Source: a virus (taxonomy: Duplodnaviria; Caudoviricetes). From it: a stretch of DNA of 35,747 bases. Numbering within the stretch: the first letter of the stretch is position 1; each line of letters starts with the position of its first letter. Below the pieces are notes generated by a model. The model saw only the letters and a program-made list of their open reading frames with translations. It was not told the DNA's origin and ran no database searches. Below are positions 1 through 8,911 of this stretch, piece after piece. Position numbers and translations under genes: made by a program. The stretch is from positions 1-35,747 of the IMG/VR virus record IMGVR_UViG_3300037634_003749. One strand, written 5' to 3'.

Positions 1-444
1 TAGGTTGTTCAGTCCGGTCTGATTCTGGGCTAGGAGGACAAGGTGGCGCCGTCGGTTGAGGGCTGACTTGCCTGCTGTCTTGGTCGCGCCTTCATCCTCA
101 ACGGTTGCGCCGGAGGTCTCGCCCTGCTTCGCGAGGGTTCTGGCCAGCTTCTTGTCTTCCTTTGACCGCTCATACTCTTCGCGCCATTCCTCGATGGATG
201 GAACGAAGTATGCCTCCACTCCAAAGATAGGCTTAAATTCCTTCCCTTCGGCTTGCATCTTTTGCCAGTGTAAAAACTGGTGTGAGAACCCATTCATGTT
301 CCCGTGGTCTGTGAGAGCGAGTGCTTCGCCCCCGTTCTCGTAGCAAAAATCCATGTGCTCATTCGGATATCCGATGGCATCAAAAATAGAACCCGCGACG
401 CTGTGTGCGTGGAGCCCTACGAAAGGAATCTTCTTGTCTGTCAT
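1..444 (-). CDS. dnaE: DNA polymerase III alpha subunit (family C), N-terminal PHP domain; runs off the window
   Basis: Not in ORF track. Manual translation from ATG 444: MTDKKIPFVGLHAHSVAGSIFDAIG...ALALTDHGNMNG...KPIFGVEAYF...HLVLLAQNQTGLNNL, with the HxHS, TDHG, GxE and HLVLLA motifs of the DnaE PHP domain. Start overlaps the upstream stop (ATGA). Confidence 0.93.
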   Translation of the reverse strand, partial: MTDKKIPFVGLHAHSVAGSIFDAIGYPNEHMDFCYENGGEALALTDHGNMNGFSHQFLHWQKMQAEGKEFKPIFGVEAYFVPSIEEWREEYERSKEDKKLARTLAKQGETSGATVEDEGATKTAGKSALNRRRHLVLLAQNQTGLNNL

Positions 445-1289
445 TTACTTCTCCCTCTATACATAGTGTTTGTGTTCGGACGCTTGAGCTTCTTACCAAG
501 TTCCGATGATACTAATTTAACATATCCATCCCAGGTTGTCAAGTTATAAAAGCTTTTTATTTCCTGGTGGGTTCCGGCAGCGCCATCGCCGAAAACCTCG
601 TCTAATCCATAACTTAGAGAGACTAGTCGTTCCTCGGGTGGAAGTTTTTCTGTGGGAATTCCCTCATCAGGAGCCTTCCATACGGCGGAGTTCGTGGTGA
701 TCACATGTTTGGCTCTGCGCCACTCCTCCGGTGTAAGCACAAAACTTATCGGCGCCCCGTCTTTTACAGTTTTCCCTTCATGCGCGAAATAAAAGGGGAC
801 GCTCTTGCGTAGTAAAGAGCGGTGCTCTAGTACTTCTTTTGGATCGAGGATGCCCATGGGAAATGATACATAGTACTGGTGGGGACGTGTCCACCTCGAA
901 AATTTGGTATGTATCCAATACGCCACATTGGCCCCATAAATAACTGACCAAGCATAATTGTCTACTTTATCCCGATGTTTTGGATGAAGGGGAACATAAT
1001 AGATTGGAACTTCTAGGTGCTTAGTTTGTCCAAACTTAGCAAAGGTGCCGCGTCGGATGCTATCGATATCCGTGGCCACCTCTCCTAGACGGTGACGTAG
1101 AAGGGGTGCGATATCGTCATTAGCAACGATCCATATAGAATTACAGCCAGCATGTAAGGTCTCATATACAGCGGCCTCTAAAGCCGTATAATTAGGCCCC
1201 ACAGGCATCAAGGAAGCATCCCACTCCATCCCAAATTCTGTCTGCATGCCGGCCACAGGGATAATGCCAGGCATTGTTAGCTTACTCAT
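441..1289 (-). CDS. Divergent nucleotidyltransferase / nucleotide-diphospho-sugar transferase-fold protein
   Basis: N-terminal GIIPVAG...LMPVG...AGCNSIWIV resembles the IILAAG...LLPV...AGI.EI.IV pattern of sugar-phosphate nucleotidyltransferases. The GxGTR signature is degenerate. Confidence 0.55.
   Translation of the reverse strand: MSKLTMPGIIPVAGMQTEFGMEWDASLMPVGPNYTALEAAVYETLHAGCNSIWIVANDDIAPLLRHRLGEVATDIDSIRRGTFAKFGQTKHLEVPIYYVPLHPKHRDKVDNYAWSVIYGANVAYWIHTKFSRWTRPHQYYVSFPMGILDPKEVLEHRSLLRKSVPFYFAHEGKTVKDGAPISFVLTPEEWRRAKHVITTNSAVWKAPDEGIPTEKLPPEERLVSLSYGLDEVFGDGAAGTHQEIKSFYNLTTWDGYVKLVSSELGKKLKRPNTNTMYRGRSK
514..542 (-). promoter_or_regulatory. Sigma70-type promoter candidate for dnaE, inside the upstream gene
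   Basis: TTGACA-17nt-TAAATT with TGn extended -10. Confidence 0.5.
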
Positions 1290-2013
1290 GAAGGATAAGT
1301 CTCGAATCTAGTTCTTCCACGGGCTTCAAATAAAATGTGTTCTTTACCGTATGTCGGAACGAATGATGTATCTTCAAGCTTCGGCCGTCAGGCTGTTTAA
1401 TTTCATGCTCCTTCAATTTGCGCTCTAGAAAGATACGAACTACGGTTTCTGAGTAGTCGAAGTTCTTTATATCCTCGTGCTTTATTACACTTGTGGCCAC
1501 AATATCCTTAAAGTCGCCCTGGCTGTTCCTATCTATGCGATTTGACGTAACAAATTCTATTAATCTAACGAAGGTATCGCGGGGTTTCAGAACAATCTCT
1601 CGTCCTAAGCGTGACCCTGCAGTGATGTCGAACATATCGTGCACCAAATAGTCCGTTATAACTTCTTCAACCCCTAGGTTGCCACAGTTATCTAAGTCAA
1701 AGATGTGGAGTTTCTTAAAGTTAATAAGGACTTTGGTATTGCCCTCGGTAACAACCTTCAGTCTGCCCTCCTCATTTAGCCCAACGGTCTGAACGTCGAA
1801 GGGAATTGGGAGCAATGACCTCATCCCGAGATCAAATATACCCTCGTACCACTTACTTTTGATGTCTTGGTAACCCACGAAGTGATGGAAGGGGCGCTGG
1901 TCGCTATTCACAATCAGGTGATAGCCGTGCTCTCGCGCAAACGAAACAGCCTCCTCTCGCCACCCAAGGACTACGTTATCGAAGGTGTATTCAAGAGGAG
2001 GCAGTTTCATCAT
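1282..2013 (-). CDS. Hypothetical protein, possible degenerate Rossmann (FAD/NAD-binding-like) N-terminus
   Basis: 243-aa ORF whose stop overlaps the next start (ATGAGTAA). The start FDNVVLGWREEAVSFA has a beta-G-helix pattern but no full GxGxxG. Confidence 0.6.
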   Translation of the reverse strand: MMKLPPLEYTFDNVVLGWREEAVSFAREHGYHLIVNSDQRPFHHFVGYQDIKSKWYEGIFDLGMRSLLPIPFDVQTVGLNEEGRLKVVTEGNTKVLINFKKLHIFDLDNCGNLGVEEVITDYLVHDMFDITAGSRLGREIVLKPRDTFVRLIEFVTSNRIDRNSQGDFKDIVATSVIKHEDIKNFDYSETVVRIFLERKLKEHEIKQPDGRSLKIHHSFRHTVKNTFYLKPVEELDSRLILHE

Positions 2014-2019
2014 AGTGCT

Positions 2020-2048
2020 AGTATAGCACCGATGATTGGTTAGGTCAA
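2020..2048 (-). promoter_or_regulatory. Sigma70-type promoter, leaderless geometry
   Basis: TTGACC-17nt-TATACT, then 6 nt, then ATG 2013; A-tract upstream of -35. Confidence 0.75.
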
Positions 2049-2064
2049 GGGTTGTTTTTATTCT

Positions 2065-2496
2065 TTAGCTGCGTCGTACGTAAAAGCTGTCCCAGCTATC
2101 GGGCCTGACCCCATTCCCCTTAAAGCTGGCGATTATCTCTTTTTTCTGTTCATCGGGGAGTCCGGCTATCGTGGTCCACGCAATGGCCTCATAGGGACTA
2201 TCATCCCCTTCGATATAGTCCTTAACAATCTGAAAAATGGGCTTCTTCCAGCCAGGTTCTGCCATCCAATCGTTCCCGCCGCCGCGGAAATAGTCATTAT
2301 CCGGCTCGATGAGGTGGGATACTAGAAAGTCATGGGTAATACCCACGCCATTCTGGACCCCTAGCTGGGCCAGTAGGCCGTCAATCTTCTTGCGCACGAG
2401 AGCAATCTGCTCGTTGGTCTGCTCTGTCAAGAACCGTCGCCAGTTCTCCGTGATTAATTGATGGCTTTTATAGCTGGAATATTTGCTCATTGTCAT
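2065..2496 (-). CDS. Hypothetical late-expressed protein with N-terminal LITENWRRFLTE motif (putative head-internal protein)
   Basis: Preceded by late motif ACTATTTAT and SD GGAG; N-terminal motif shared with 8912-9871. Confidence 0.65.
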   Translation of the reverse strand: MTMSKYSSYKSHQLITENWRRFLTEQTNEQIALVRKKIDGLLAQLGVQNGVGITHDFLVSHLIEPDNDYFRGGGNDWMAEPGWKKPIFQIVKDYIEGDDSPYEAIAWTTIAGLPDEQKKEIIASFKGNGVRPDSWDSFYVRRS

Positions 2497-2505
2497 GTCT
2501 CCACT

Positions 2506-2514
2506 ATAAATAGT
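2506..2514 (-). promoter_or_regulatory. Late-promoter-like motif ACTATTTAT
   Basis: Directly after the groES stop, 9 nt before ATG 2496; recurs before virion genes. Confidence 0.65.
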
Positions 2515-2796
2515 CTAACTCTCGGACAAAATCCCGATTACGTGGTTTTCCTTGATAACCGTGAAGGTCTCGCCGTTGTGCTCGATATCGCGGAGCATGT
2601 GTGCTTCCACTACAATCTGCAATCCGGTCCCCCAGATGGTTCCGTTTTCGCCCGAGCAGTTGACTACTTCAACCACTGCGAATGGACTCTCTACGGCGCG
2701 GTAATCCTGGGGTAGCAAAACCGTGATGCCCGTGTCCTCTGTATCATCTTCTACGGTCTTCACGTAGAGGTAATTGTTAACTGGTGTAAATGTCAT
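2515..2796 (-). CDS. groES: GroES/Cpn10-like co-chaperonin (93 aa; start corrected to ATG 2796)
   Basis: MTFTPVNNYLYVK...TGITVLLP...VVEVV...GETFTVIKENHVIGIL matches the Cpn10 pattern (PLxDRVLV...GIxLP...E.DILG); TAATG coupling to the upstream gene. Confidence 0.75.
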   Translation of the reverse strand: MTFTPVNNYLYVKTVEDDTEDTGITVLLPQDYRAVESPFAVVEVVNCSGENGTIWGTGLQIVVEAHMLRDIEHNGETFTVIKENHVIGILSES

Positions 2797-3854
2797 TATA
2801 GCTCCTGTACTAATCCTATGTTGGCCCATTCTTCGGTGCCCTGTATTGCCCAAACCATCTCGCCATCAGGGTGGGTCTCCGTCAGAGCCATCACCGCGGC
2901 CGTTCCTAGAGTTAGAACAGCAGGTCGGATATCCTCGTCCGGAAACTCTATAGTAGCATTTTCGCAGTTAAAAGTACACATAAAATCAGTGGGACTTTCA
3001 AAATCGCAATGGTCAGCGCCCGTGAGTTTAAGTATATCAAAGGTTCCCATCAGTTGGAAAAGGGGGACGCCATTGTTCTCTGCATTACAGGTCGATGGCT
3101 CTCCTATTAAGAGATAGCCGGGGAATGCGCTAGGGGCGTAAGATTGTCCTATAAAGTCGGGTACTCCCGGCGCGTCTTCGGTGTCAGTTGTGTCGAGTCC
3201 TAACACGCCCCGGGAGTCGGGATCCATCGAAGAAGCTATAAGGGCCGCTAGTCCGCCCGCGGAGTGTCCCGCGTAGGTAGGGTCAGTCGCCCCGTGGAGC
3301 CCTGCGAGTTCCACCATGTTCTGGCCGTTCATTTCGTGGTCTACCCCTGCTAGGACGTTGTAATGGCACAAGGTGGGAAGAAGAACCTCTAGTCCCCATG
3401 ACGCAAAGTGGTCGGCCCAACCTACCATAACTCCGGGGCCTCGGGCAAAGCCGTGACCTAAAACCACTACCTCTGGGTCAGTGACCCCATCGGGAGAGTA
3501 TACGGTGTACTCAAAACTGGTACAATTTGTGACTGTGGTGGTGTTACTCTCTGCAACTACCGTGTGGGGGCCCCGTTGGCCAAAGTCCACGAGGGGCACT
3601 GGCTCTTCCGGCTCTTCCGGCTCGTCGGGAAGGGTGTCATCGTCGTCTCCAACAGCATCACTGTCATCGTCGTCTGTCGTCGCGCTATCGTCGTCGTCAG
3701 TTGGGCTACTATCATCATCATCATCGGCGAGTAGTATGGGACCGGGGGGAGGGTCGTTATCCACATCGGGTCTCCCTCCGTAGGTAGTAACCCCATAGCC
3801 ACAACCGGCTATAGCAATCAAGGCCCCCAAGGGGGGTATTAAACTGTGTTTCAT
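2796..3854 (-). CDS. Lipoprotein alpha/beta-hydrolase (chlorophyllase/cutinase-like) with acidic DDDDS linker; start corrected to ATG 3854
   Basis: Signal peptide with lipobox IAGC; GPHTV, HGF oxyanion motif, GHSAGG nucleophile elbow, GADHCDF His motif; SD AGGA. Confidence 0.8.
   Translation of the reverse strand: MKHSLIPPLGALIAIAGCGYGVTTYGGRPDVDNDPPPGPILLADDDDDSSPTDDDDSATTDDDDSDAVGDDDDTLPDEPEEPEEPVPLVDFGQRGPHTVVAESNTTTVTNCTSFEYTVYSPDGVTDPEVVVLGHGFARGPGVMVGWADHFASWGLEVLLPTLCHYNVLAGVDHEMNGQNMVELAGLHGATDPTYAGHSAGGLAALIASSMDPDSRGVLGLDTTDTEDAPGVPDFIGQSYAPSAFPGYLLIGEPSTCNAENNGVPLFQLMGTFDILKLTGADHCDFESPTDFMCTFNCENATIEFPDEDIRPAVLTLGTAAVMALTETHPDGEMVWAIQGTEEWANIGLVQEL
3634..3725 (-). repeat. Four Asp-run repeats (DDDDDSSPT DDDDSATT DDDDSDAVG DDDDT)
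   Basis: GAC/GAT tandem codons, visible as tcgtcg/tcatca runs on the + strand. Confidence 0.85.
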
Positions 3855-3867
3855 TTGTTTTTCCTTT

Positions 3868-6297
3868 CTATCCACACTTTGCAAAGCCGCAATTCTTGCA
3901 AGTGACGCAGCCCTCCACATATACCAATCCTTCGGTGCCACACTCGCCACATGTTTTCTCTGTGGCAGTCTGGCCGTCTGGAATATAATTCTTTAGTATT
4001 CTCGCAATACACTTAGCGAAACTGAACATGTCCGAGTCGCGGTCTTTCTGCAATTGCTCCACGACATACTGGATATTCGCACCATGTCGCAGCCCTAACG
4101 AAATCATCCGAGTGAACCCACTCTGGTTGGGGTTATCAAAAACCTTTACCAGGTTCTTCACTATAACAGTATCACCATTTGTTCCAATATGTAAATCATA
4201 AATAGAATTCATGGTTTTTCGCGGGTGCTTAATTAGAGTTCCCTGAACCTTATCACGGGGGATTTCAATATATTGAGCTAACCCTCCCATAACTTCGTAG
4301 GGGCGGCCGTCCATTAGTCCCACCATAACAACCCACTTTTCACCTTGGATGGTGGTGTGGTGGATATTGCAGGGTAGCTCAATGGGGCGCTTGGGAGCGG
4401 TGTGTTGAGGGAATTGCTCAGCTTTCTCGGTTTTCTTGGCCACCAGGACGCCAGAGCGGGAGCCCTCGACATAAACCGTTAGACCCTTCAGTCCCAGTCG
4501 CCAACCATCCATATAGAGTTGCCCCACAAGTTCGGGGGACGTTCCCTTGGGAAGGTTGATTGTAGAACTAATACTGTGATCTATACTTTGCTGAATTGCT
4601 GCTTGGACTGCAACTCTTTGTTCCCAGTCAATGCTGTCGGCTTCAACAAAGAATGCAGGGATGGGGCCCGGGTCTTTGAAGGCGTGTTGGTCGAACCACT
4701 CTTGTACATTGTGATGCTTTACTTCATATTCAAGCCAGCGATCGCCCAGGTCATCGATGTGGTCAGGGGTTATGGCCTGTTCGTCGTGCGATAGTTTCCG
4801 CCGGCGCACATAGGTATTCCGGAATACCGGTTCCAGGCCTGAGGACGTCTGCGACATAATTGAAACTGACCCTGTGGGGGCATTCGTAAGAATTGAGATG
4901 TTGCGACGGCCGTGTTCGGCGATCATCTTCTTTAGTCTTTCGGGAAGGCGCTGGATAAACTCATTATTCTCCTCGACGTTCCAGTCGAATGCGGGGAATG
5001 CGCCGCGCTCTTGGGCGAGGTATATACTCTCCTCATAGGCAGCGTCTCGCAGAGTCTCATAGATTTTCTCAATAATTACCAGCGCTTCCGGGCTGTCATA
5101 TGCCAAATTAAGGCATGCCATAGCATCAGCCAATCCGTGGGTGCCGAGGCCAGTCCTTCGTCCAGCATGTGCGGCGTTATAGAGCTTTGTCCACAGATCG
5201 CGCTCGTCTGCCGTGTCGGCGTGGTGGCGAATATTCTCAAGCTTTTCTAATTCTAGCTCTACAAGATCATCGGACATACGCATGCCAATCGCAGCAATTT
5301 GTTTGAGTTTAGAAAAGTCAAAGTCTGCATTTTTTTGGAAAGAATTTTTGACGAGGTTTTTTAAATTGAGAGAAATCAGCCTACAGCTATCGTAAGCTGA
5401 TAATGGTATTTCCCCGCAAGGGTTAGTAGTCTTCGTCTTAAAAGCCGCATATTCATGCGCCGGCAAGTTCTTGGTGATGTTGTCCCACATCAAAAGCCCT
5501 GGCTCTGCTGTCGTAGTTGCCGACTCGATGATATCATTCCACAGAGAGGCAGCATCTACTTGTGCACTGAACTCAGGGTGTTCCGCTTCCACTGGGAACT
5601 GTAGATTGAATGTCTGCTTGTTCTCGACGGCTTCCATAAACTCGTCAGTTATTTTTACGGATACGTTGGCTCCCGTAACTTTTGTGAGGTCTCGCTTCAT
5701 CTTGATGAACTCGGCAATGTCAGGGTGGCGGATATCCATTGAGATCATCAACGCACCACGCCTCCCATTCTGGCCGATCATCCTGCATACATATGAATAG
5801 AAGTCAGCAAAGCTCCAAGCCCCAGTAGTAGTCCGAGCAGAGTTGTTAACGGGAGCACCCTCGGGACGCAGATCAGAAATATCAAGCCCAACGCCACAAC
5901 GACGTTTAAACAAGTTAGCAAGGTCTTTGCCAGTGTCCATAATGGACGAAACATTATCCTGTGGATTATCGACAACCACACAGTTTGATAAAGATACATT
6001 AACATAATCATTTCCAATCCCCATCATAGGTGAGCCCTGTGGGACAATATATTTGAAGTCTTTGAGGTAAGAGTAAATCTCCTTCTCTGTGAGATGGTTT
6101 GACTTCCGAGTGATAAACTTGTCTTCCATCCGTGCAAGCTCTTTGGCAATACGCTTATGCATATCGTCCGGGGTCTTCTCCATGAAATTGCCCTTCTTAT
6201 CTCGCAAACAATACTTCGTCATAAAAACGTTGGTTGCTAGCTCGTCGCCATTAAAATATTCTAGCGTGGCTTCCTTAACTTCTTCCTGACTGTACAT
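3868..6297 (-). CDS. nrdJ: Class II (adenosylcobalamin-dependent) ribonucleotide reductase
   Basis: SLSNC, TNPCGEIPL, RRTGLG, APTGSVS, SISSTINLP, KGLTVY, C-terminal CxxC...EGCxxCxxCG Zn ribbon; no beta subunit gene nearby. Confidence 0.92.
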   Translation of the reverse strand: MYSQEEVKEATLEYFNGDELATNVFMTKYCLRDKKGNFMEKTPDDMHKRIAKELARMEDKFITRKSNHLTEKEIYSYLKDFKYIVPQGSPMMGIGNDYVNVSLSNCVVVDNPQDNVSSIMDTGKDLANLFKRRCGVGLDISDLRPEGAPVNNSARTTTGAWSFADFYSYVCRMIGQNGRRGALMISMDIRHPDIAEFIKMKRDLTKVTGANVSVKITDEFMEAVENKQTFNLQFPVEAEHPEFSAQVDAASLWNDIIESATTTAEPGLLMWDNITKNLPAHEYAAFKTKTTNPCGEIPLSAYDSCRLISLNLKNLVKNSFQKNADFDFSKLKQIAAIGMRMSDDLVELELEKLENIRHHADTADERDLWTKLYNAAHAGRRTGLGTHGLADAMACLNLAYDSPEALVIIEKIYETLRDAAYEESIYLAQERGAFPAFDWNVEENNEFIQRLPERLKKMIAEHGRRNISILTNAPTGSVSIMSQTSSGLEPVFRNTYVRRRKLSHDEQAITPDHIDDLGDRWLEYEVKHHNVQEWFDQHAFKDPGPIPAFFVEADSIDWEQRVAVQAAIQQSIDHSISSTINLPKGTSPELVGQLYMDGWRLGLKGLTVYVEGSRSGVLVAKKTEKAEQFPQHTAPKRPIELPCNIHHTTIQGEKWVVMVGLMDGRPYEVMGGLAQYIEIPRDKVQGTLIKHPRKTMNSIYDLHIGTNGDTVIVKNLVKVFDNPNQSGFTRMISLGLRHGANIQYVVEQLQKDRDSDMFSFAKCIARILKNYIPDGQTATEKTCGECGTEGLVYVEGCVTCKNCGFAKCG

Positions 6298-6299
6298 AC

Positions 6300-7679
6300 T
6301 TATCCTCCGTTACTCTTTTTAAATTTCTTATACTTCTCAACTAAATTCTCTTTTTGTTTCTTAACACTTACCTCAACCACCTCGTCTTCTTCAGAGGGCT
6401 CCAGAACTTTGATGCAGACATTTGCCGTGTCCATAAAAAGAGGAAACACAAGTCCGTCTGGTCCGTTACGGTTCTTTGCCACAAAAAGCCTTCCCGAGTT
6501 AGTTACTTTGTCGTCAATGGTTCGGGAGATAGTAAAGATAAAGTCCGCGATGAAGCATTTATTGAATGCTTCCGAAATGGATTCCATTGTAATAACTTCT
6601 GCGTTAAGTCCAGACCTATTTGTCTGGGATGCTGTCCACACTGGCGCCTCGTATTCTGCTGCGATACCGCGCAGCTCTTCATAAATAGACTCCAGTTCGT
6701 TCCTTTTCTCTTTAAGATATCGCACTGGGCGAAGTAAATCTCCGTAGTCCACTATGATCATATCGACATCTATGCTGCGCATGCGCAGCTTTTCTAAATG
6801 ATTCCGAATAGTTTGAGTGCTCGCCGTCTTGGTGGGATATTCTTTAACAATCAATCGTCCACTAATATCTTGCACCTCTTCATAAATTTGTTCCTTGAAA
6901 GATATAAGATTTTGAAGTGGAATCTTTGTGAGGCACGAGTCGTAACGAGAGGCCACAACCGTATCTTGCAACTCTAGTGTGTAGTGAACCACCGTCTTGC
7001 CTTCTTTTAGCGCTTGAGTTCCCAGGTGCACAAGTGCCATAGACTTGCCGGCACCAGTCGGGGCAATTACAACACCCAACTCTTTCTGGCCTAGGCCGCC
7101 CTTGCATATATCATCAATAAGTTCCCACCCTGTAGTAACCGGGTTACGGAAACGTGGCTTAAACCTCTCTTCAAAGTCCTTCTTATAGTCATAACCTTCG
7201 TCGTTGTCCATCCCTAGCTTGAGGGAATCGTTGATGACCTGGGAGATTTCGTCGAAGGACGAGTTCTGAAGAAGACCGATAGACTTGACCATCGCCGACT
7301 TAAGGTTCTGTTTCTTACAGAAGTCGAGGGCGGTGTCCTTAATATATTCGATATCTGTCAGGGCATTGACTTGACTCCGCACATAGTACTCTCGGACCTG
7401 TTTAGAAGTCAGTTCATTCTCGTTGTCCAATTCGGATCTGAGTATGGTCTTCATAATATCGCGGGAGGGGTGAACTTCATACTTCTTGCGATAATCAAAT
7501 ACTTTATTCAAGAAGCACTTAAGATAGTTCAACTCCAAAAAGTTGACATCCAGTACCTCTTCAATCTGATCCGCAAATGCCCGGTCATCTAGTATGACCA
7601 TGCATAATTTTTCTTGAAATGATTTCCCGTATTTAGAGAAACTCATTGGCTCGCCGCTTATTTTCATTGCTGTCCCCAT
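6300..7679 (-). CDS. Replicative DnaB/gp41-like helicase
   Basis: Walker A APTGAGKS, YTLEL, IVDYGDLL, WTASQTNR, AKNRNG. Confidence 0.93.
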   Translation of the reverse strand: MGTAMKISGEPMSFSKYGKSFQEKLCMVILDDRAFADQIEEVLDVNFLELNYLKCFLNKVFDYRKKYEVHPSRDIMKTILRSELDNENELTSKQVREYYVRSQVNALTDIEYIKDTALDFCKKQNLKSAMVKSIGLLQNSSFDEISQVINDSLKLGMDNDEGYDYKKDFEERFKPRFRNPVTTGWELIDDICKGGLGQKELGVVIAPTGAGKSMALVHLGTQALKEGKTVVHYTLELQDTVVASRYDSCLTKIPLQNLISFKEQIYEEVQDISGRLIVKEYPTKTASTQTIRNHLEKLRMRSIDVDMIIVDYGDLLRPVRYLKEKRNELESIYEELRGIAAEYEAPVWTASQTNRSGLNAEVITMESISEAFNKCFIADFIFTISRTIDDKVTNSGRLFVAKNRNGPDGLVFPLFMDTANVCIKVLEPSEEDEVVEVSVKKQKENLVEKYKKFKKSNGG

Positions 7680-7685
7680 TGCCTT

Positions 7686-7714
7686 ATAATACTACTTCTG
7701 CAGTGCTTTGTCAA
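7686..7714 (-). promoter_or_regulatory. Sigma70-type promoter for the helicase, leaderless geometry, overlapping the exonuclease 3' end
   Basis: TTGACA-17nt-TATTAT, then 6 nt, then ATG 7679. Confidence 0.75.
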
Positions 7715-8657
7715 GGCAAATGCGATTCATTGTTGCATGAAGATCGTCCCAATTGAATACGCCGAAACCGTCTTGGTTCATCATACGGATAATCTCCGTC
7801 TTATTATAATCGTATTCAAAATTATCGAGCGCATAATGTGTCTTATCCCGGCACTGTAACGAGAGTGCCGGGTCATAGAGTTGCATGAGTTTATAGTTCT
7901 CTATAATTACATCTCTATACTCTAAAACGTTCGTGAAAAACTTGGCTTTAGACTCGGTTTGAAGGCAACAATCGAAAATCTCCTGCAATGTCGCATCCTT
8001 ATCTTCCCTAAGAAAATTAAAGTTTTTTGCAATAGTTTTTAGGCCTGCGCGAGGGACGCCGGCTAAGTTGTCGGACGGGTCGCCAGCAATGGCACGGGCC
8101 ATTGCAAAGTTGCGCGGATGGATATCAAAATCCTCGACGATGTTAACTTGAGTATGAACCTTCTTCTGGATCGGCCGAAAGAGAACGGTCTCTCCGTCAC
8201 ATAACTGAAGGAAATCCTTATCACTGGACACTATCACTTTCTCCCATCCTGCGAACTGCTCCATACCTGTAGCGTAGGCGATCACATCGTCTGCTTCAAC
8301 CTCGTCAAAGCGCAGTTGAATGACGGGGAGTTCGTTTAGATATTCAATCAATCGAAGTTGTTGCCATACCATATTGGAGCGCTGCTGCTCGTCAGTCATA
8401 TCGGTTTGCCGATTGACCCGGATAGGCTTCCGCCCCTCTTTATAATTCTTATTCTGTTCTCGTCTCTTGCGACTTCCGCCTGGACCATCCCAGATAATCA
8501 TTACAGTATCTGGCTTGATGTCCCGGCAGAGCTTCTGCAGGATGCCTAGGAAGCCCTTCAGGCCCCCGATGGGCTGTCCGTGGACGGACAGGCTTGGGTT
8601 GACGATGAAGGCTCTAAAATAGGCGTTCAGAGCGTCAACGATCATTACTCTTTTCAT
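7692..8657 (-). CDS. 5'-3' exonuclease / flap endonuclease (Pol I N-terminal domain or T4 RNase H family)
   Basis: IVDALN, WDGPGGS..RR...YKEGR, EADDVIA, SSDKDFLQL, GDPSDNLAGV. Confidence 0.93.
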   Translation of the reverse strand: MKRVMIVDALNAYFRAFIVNPSLSVHGQPIGGLKGFLGILQKLCRDIKPDTVMIIWDGPGGSRKRREQNKNYKEGRKPIRVNRQTDMTDEQQRSNMVWQQLRLIEYLNELPVIQLRFDEVEADDVIAYATGMEQFAGWEKVIVSSDKDFLQLCDGETVLFRPIQKKVHTQVNIVEDFDIHPRNFAMARAIAGDPSDNLAGVPRAGLKTIAKNFNFLREDKDATLQEIFDCCLQTESKAKFFTNVLEYRDVIIENYKLMQLYDPALSLQCRDKTHYALDNFEYDYNKTEIIRMMNQDGFGVFNWDDLHATMNRICLDKALQK

Positions 8658-8679
8658 GTGTTATCCCCTAACACTATAG

Positions 8680-8708
8680 AGTATACGTTATACGGGGCTG
8701 GATGTCAA
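8680..8708 (-). promoter_or_regulatory. Sigma70-type promoter for the exonuclease
   Basis: TTGACA-17nt-TATACT; the -35 overlaps the TGA stop of the upstream ORF. Confidence 0.8.
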
Positions 8709-8899
8709 GCCTTCTTTTTACTTTGTTTCCAGTCTAACCAAAAGCCAACGGCCACCATCAGATGCATTAGGATGGATGCACCGTACTCCACTGCGGCATG
8801 ATAGTTGACAAAGTGCAAATGCACATGGCCCAAAACCCAAAAAGGTATAGCCATTTGTTGACTATACCAGATTAGGAAGAACTTTGCAAACTCTTTCAA
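8705..8899 (-). CDS. Small membrane protein (two hydrophobic segments, His-rich)
   Basis: 64 aa filling the gap between genes; TTG start without a clear SD. Confidence 0.55.
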   Translation of the reverse strand: MKEFAKFFLIWYSQQMAIPFWVLGHVHLHFVNYHAAVEYGASILMHLMVAVGFWLDWKQSKKKA

Positions 8900-8911
8900 G
8901 GGTTTTGTTTT

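Noticed and set aside
30-549. ORF-track entries 30-293(-), 56-343(+) and 304-549(+)
   Set aside because: Shadows of the real dnaE frame (444 to <1), which the track missed because it is truncated.
2797-3950. Longer starts given for groES (2853) and the hydrolase (3950), likewise 11227 and 21870
   Set aside because: They overlap upstream genes; downstream ATGs have SD or stop-start coupling and give sensible N-termini.
4198-6688. Intragenic CTATTTAT copies at 4198-4205 and 6681-6688
   Set aside because: They are 340-380 nt from the next start and both encode SIY; probably chance, so not counted as late promoters.
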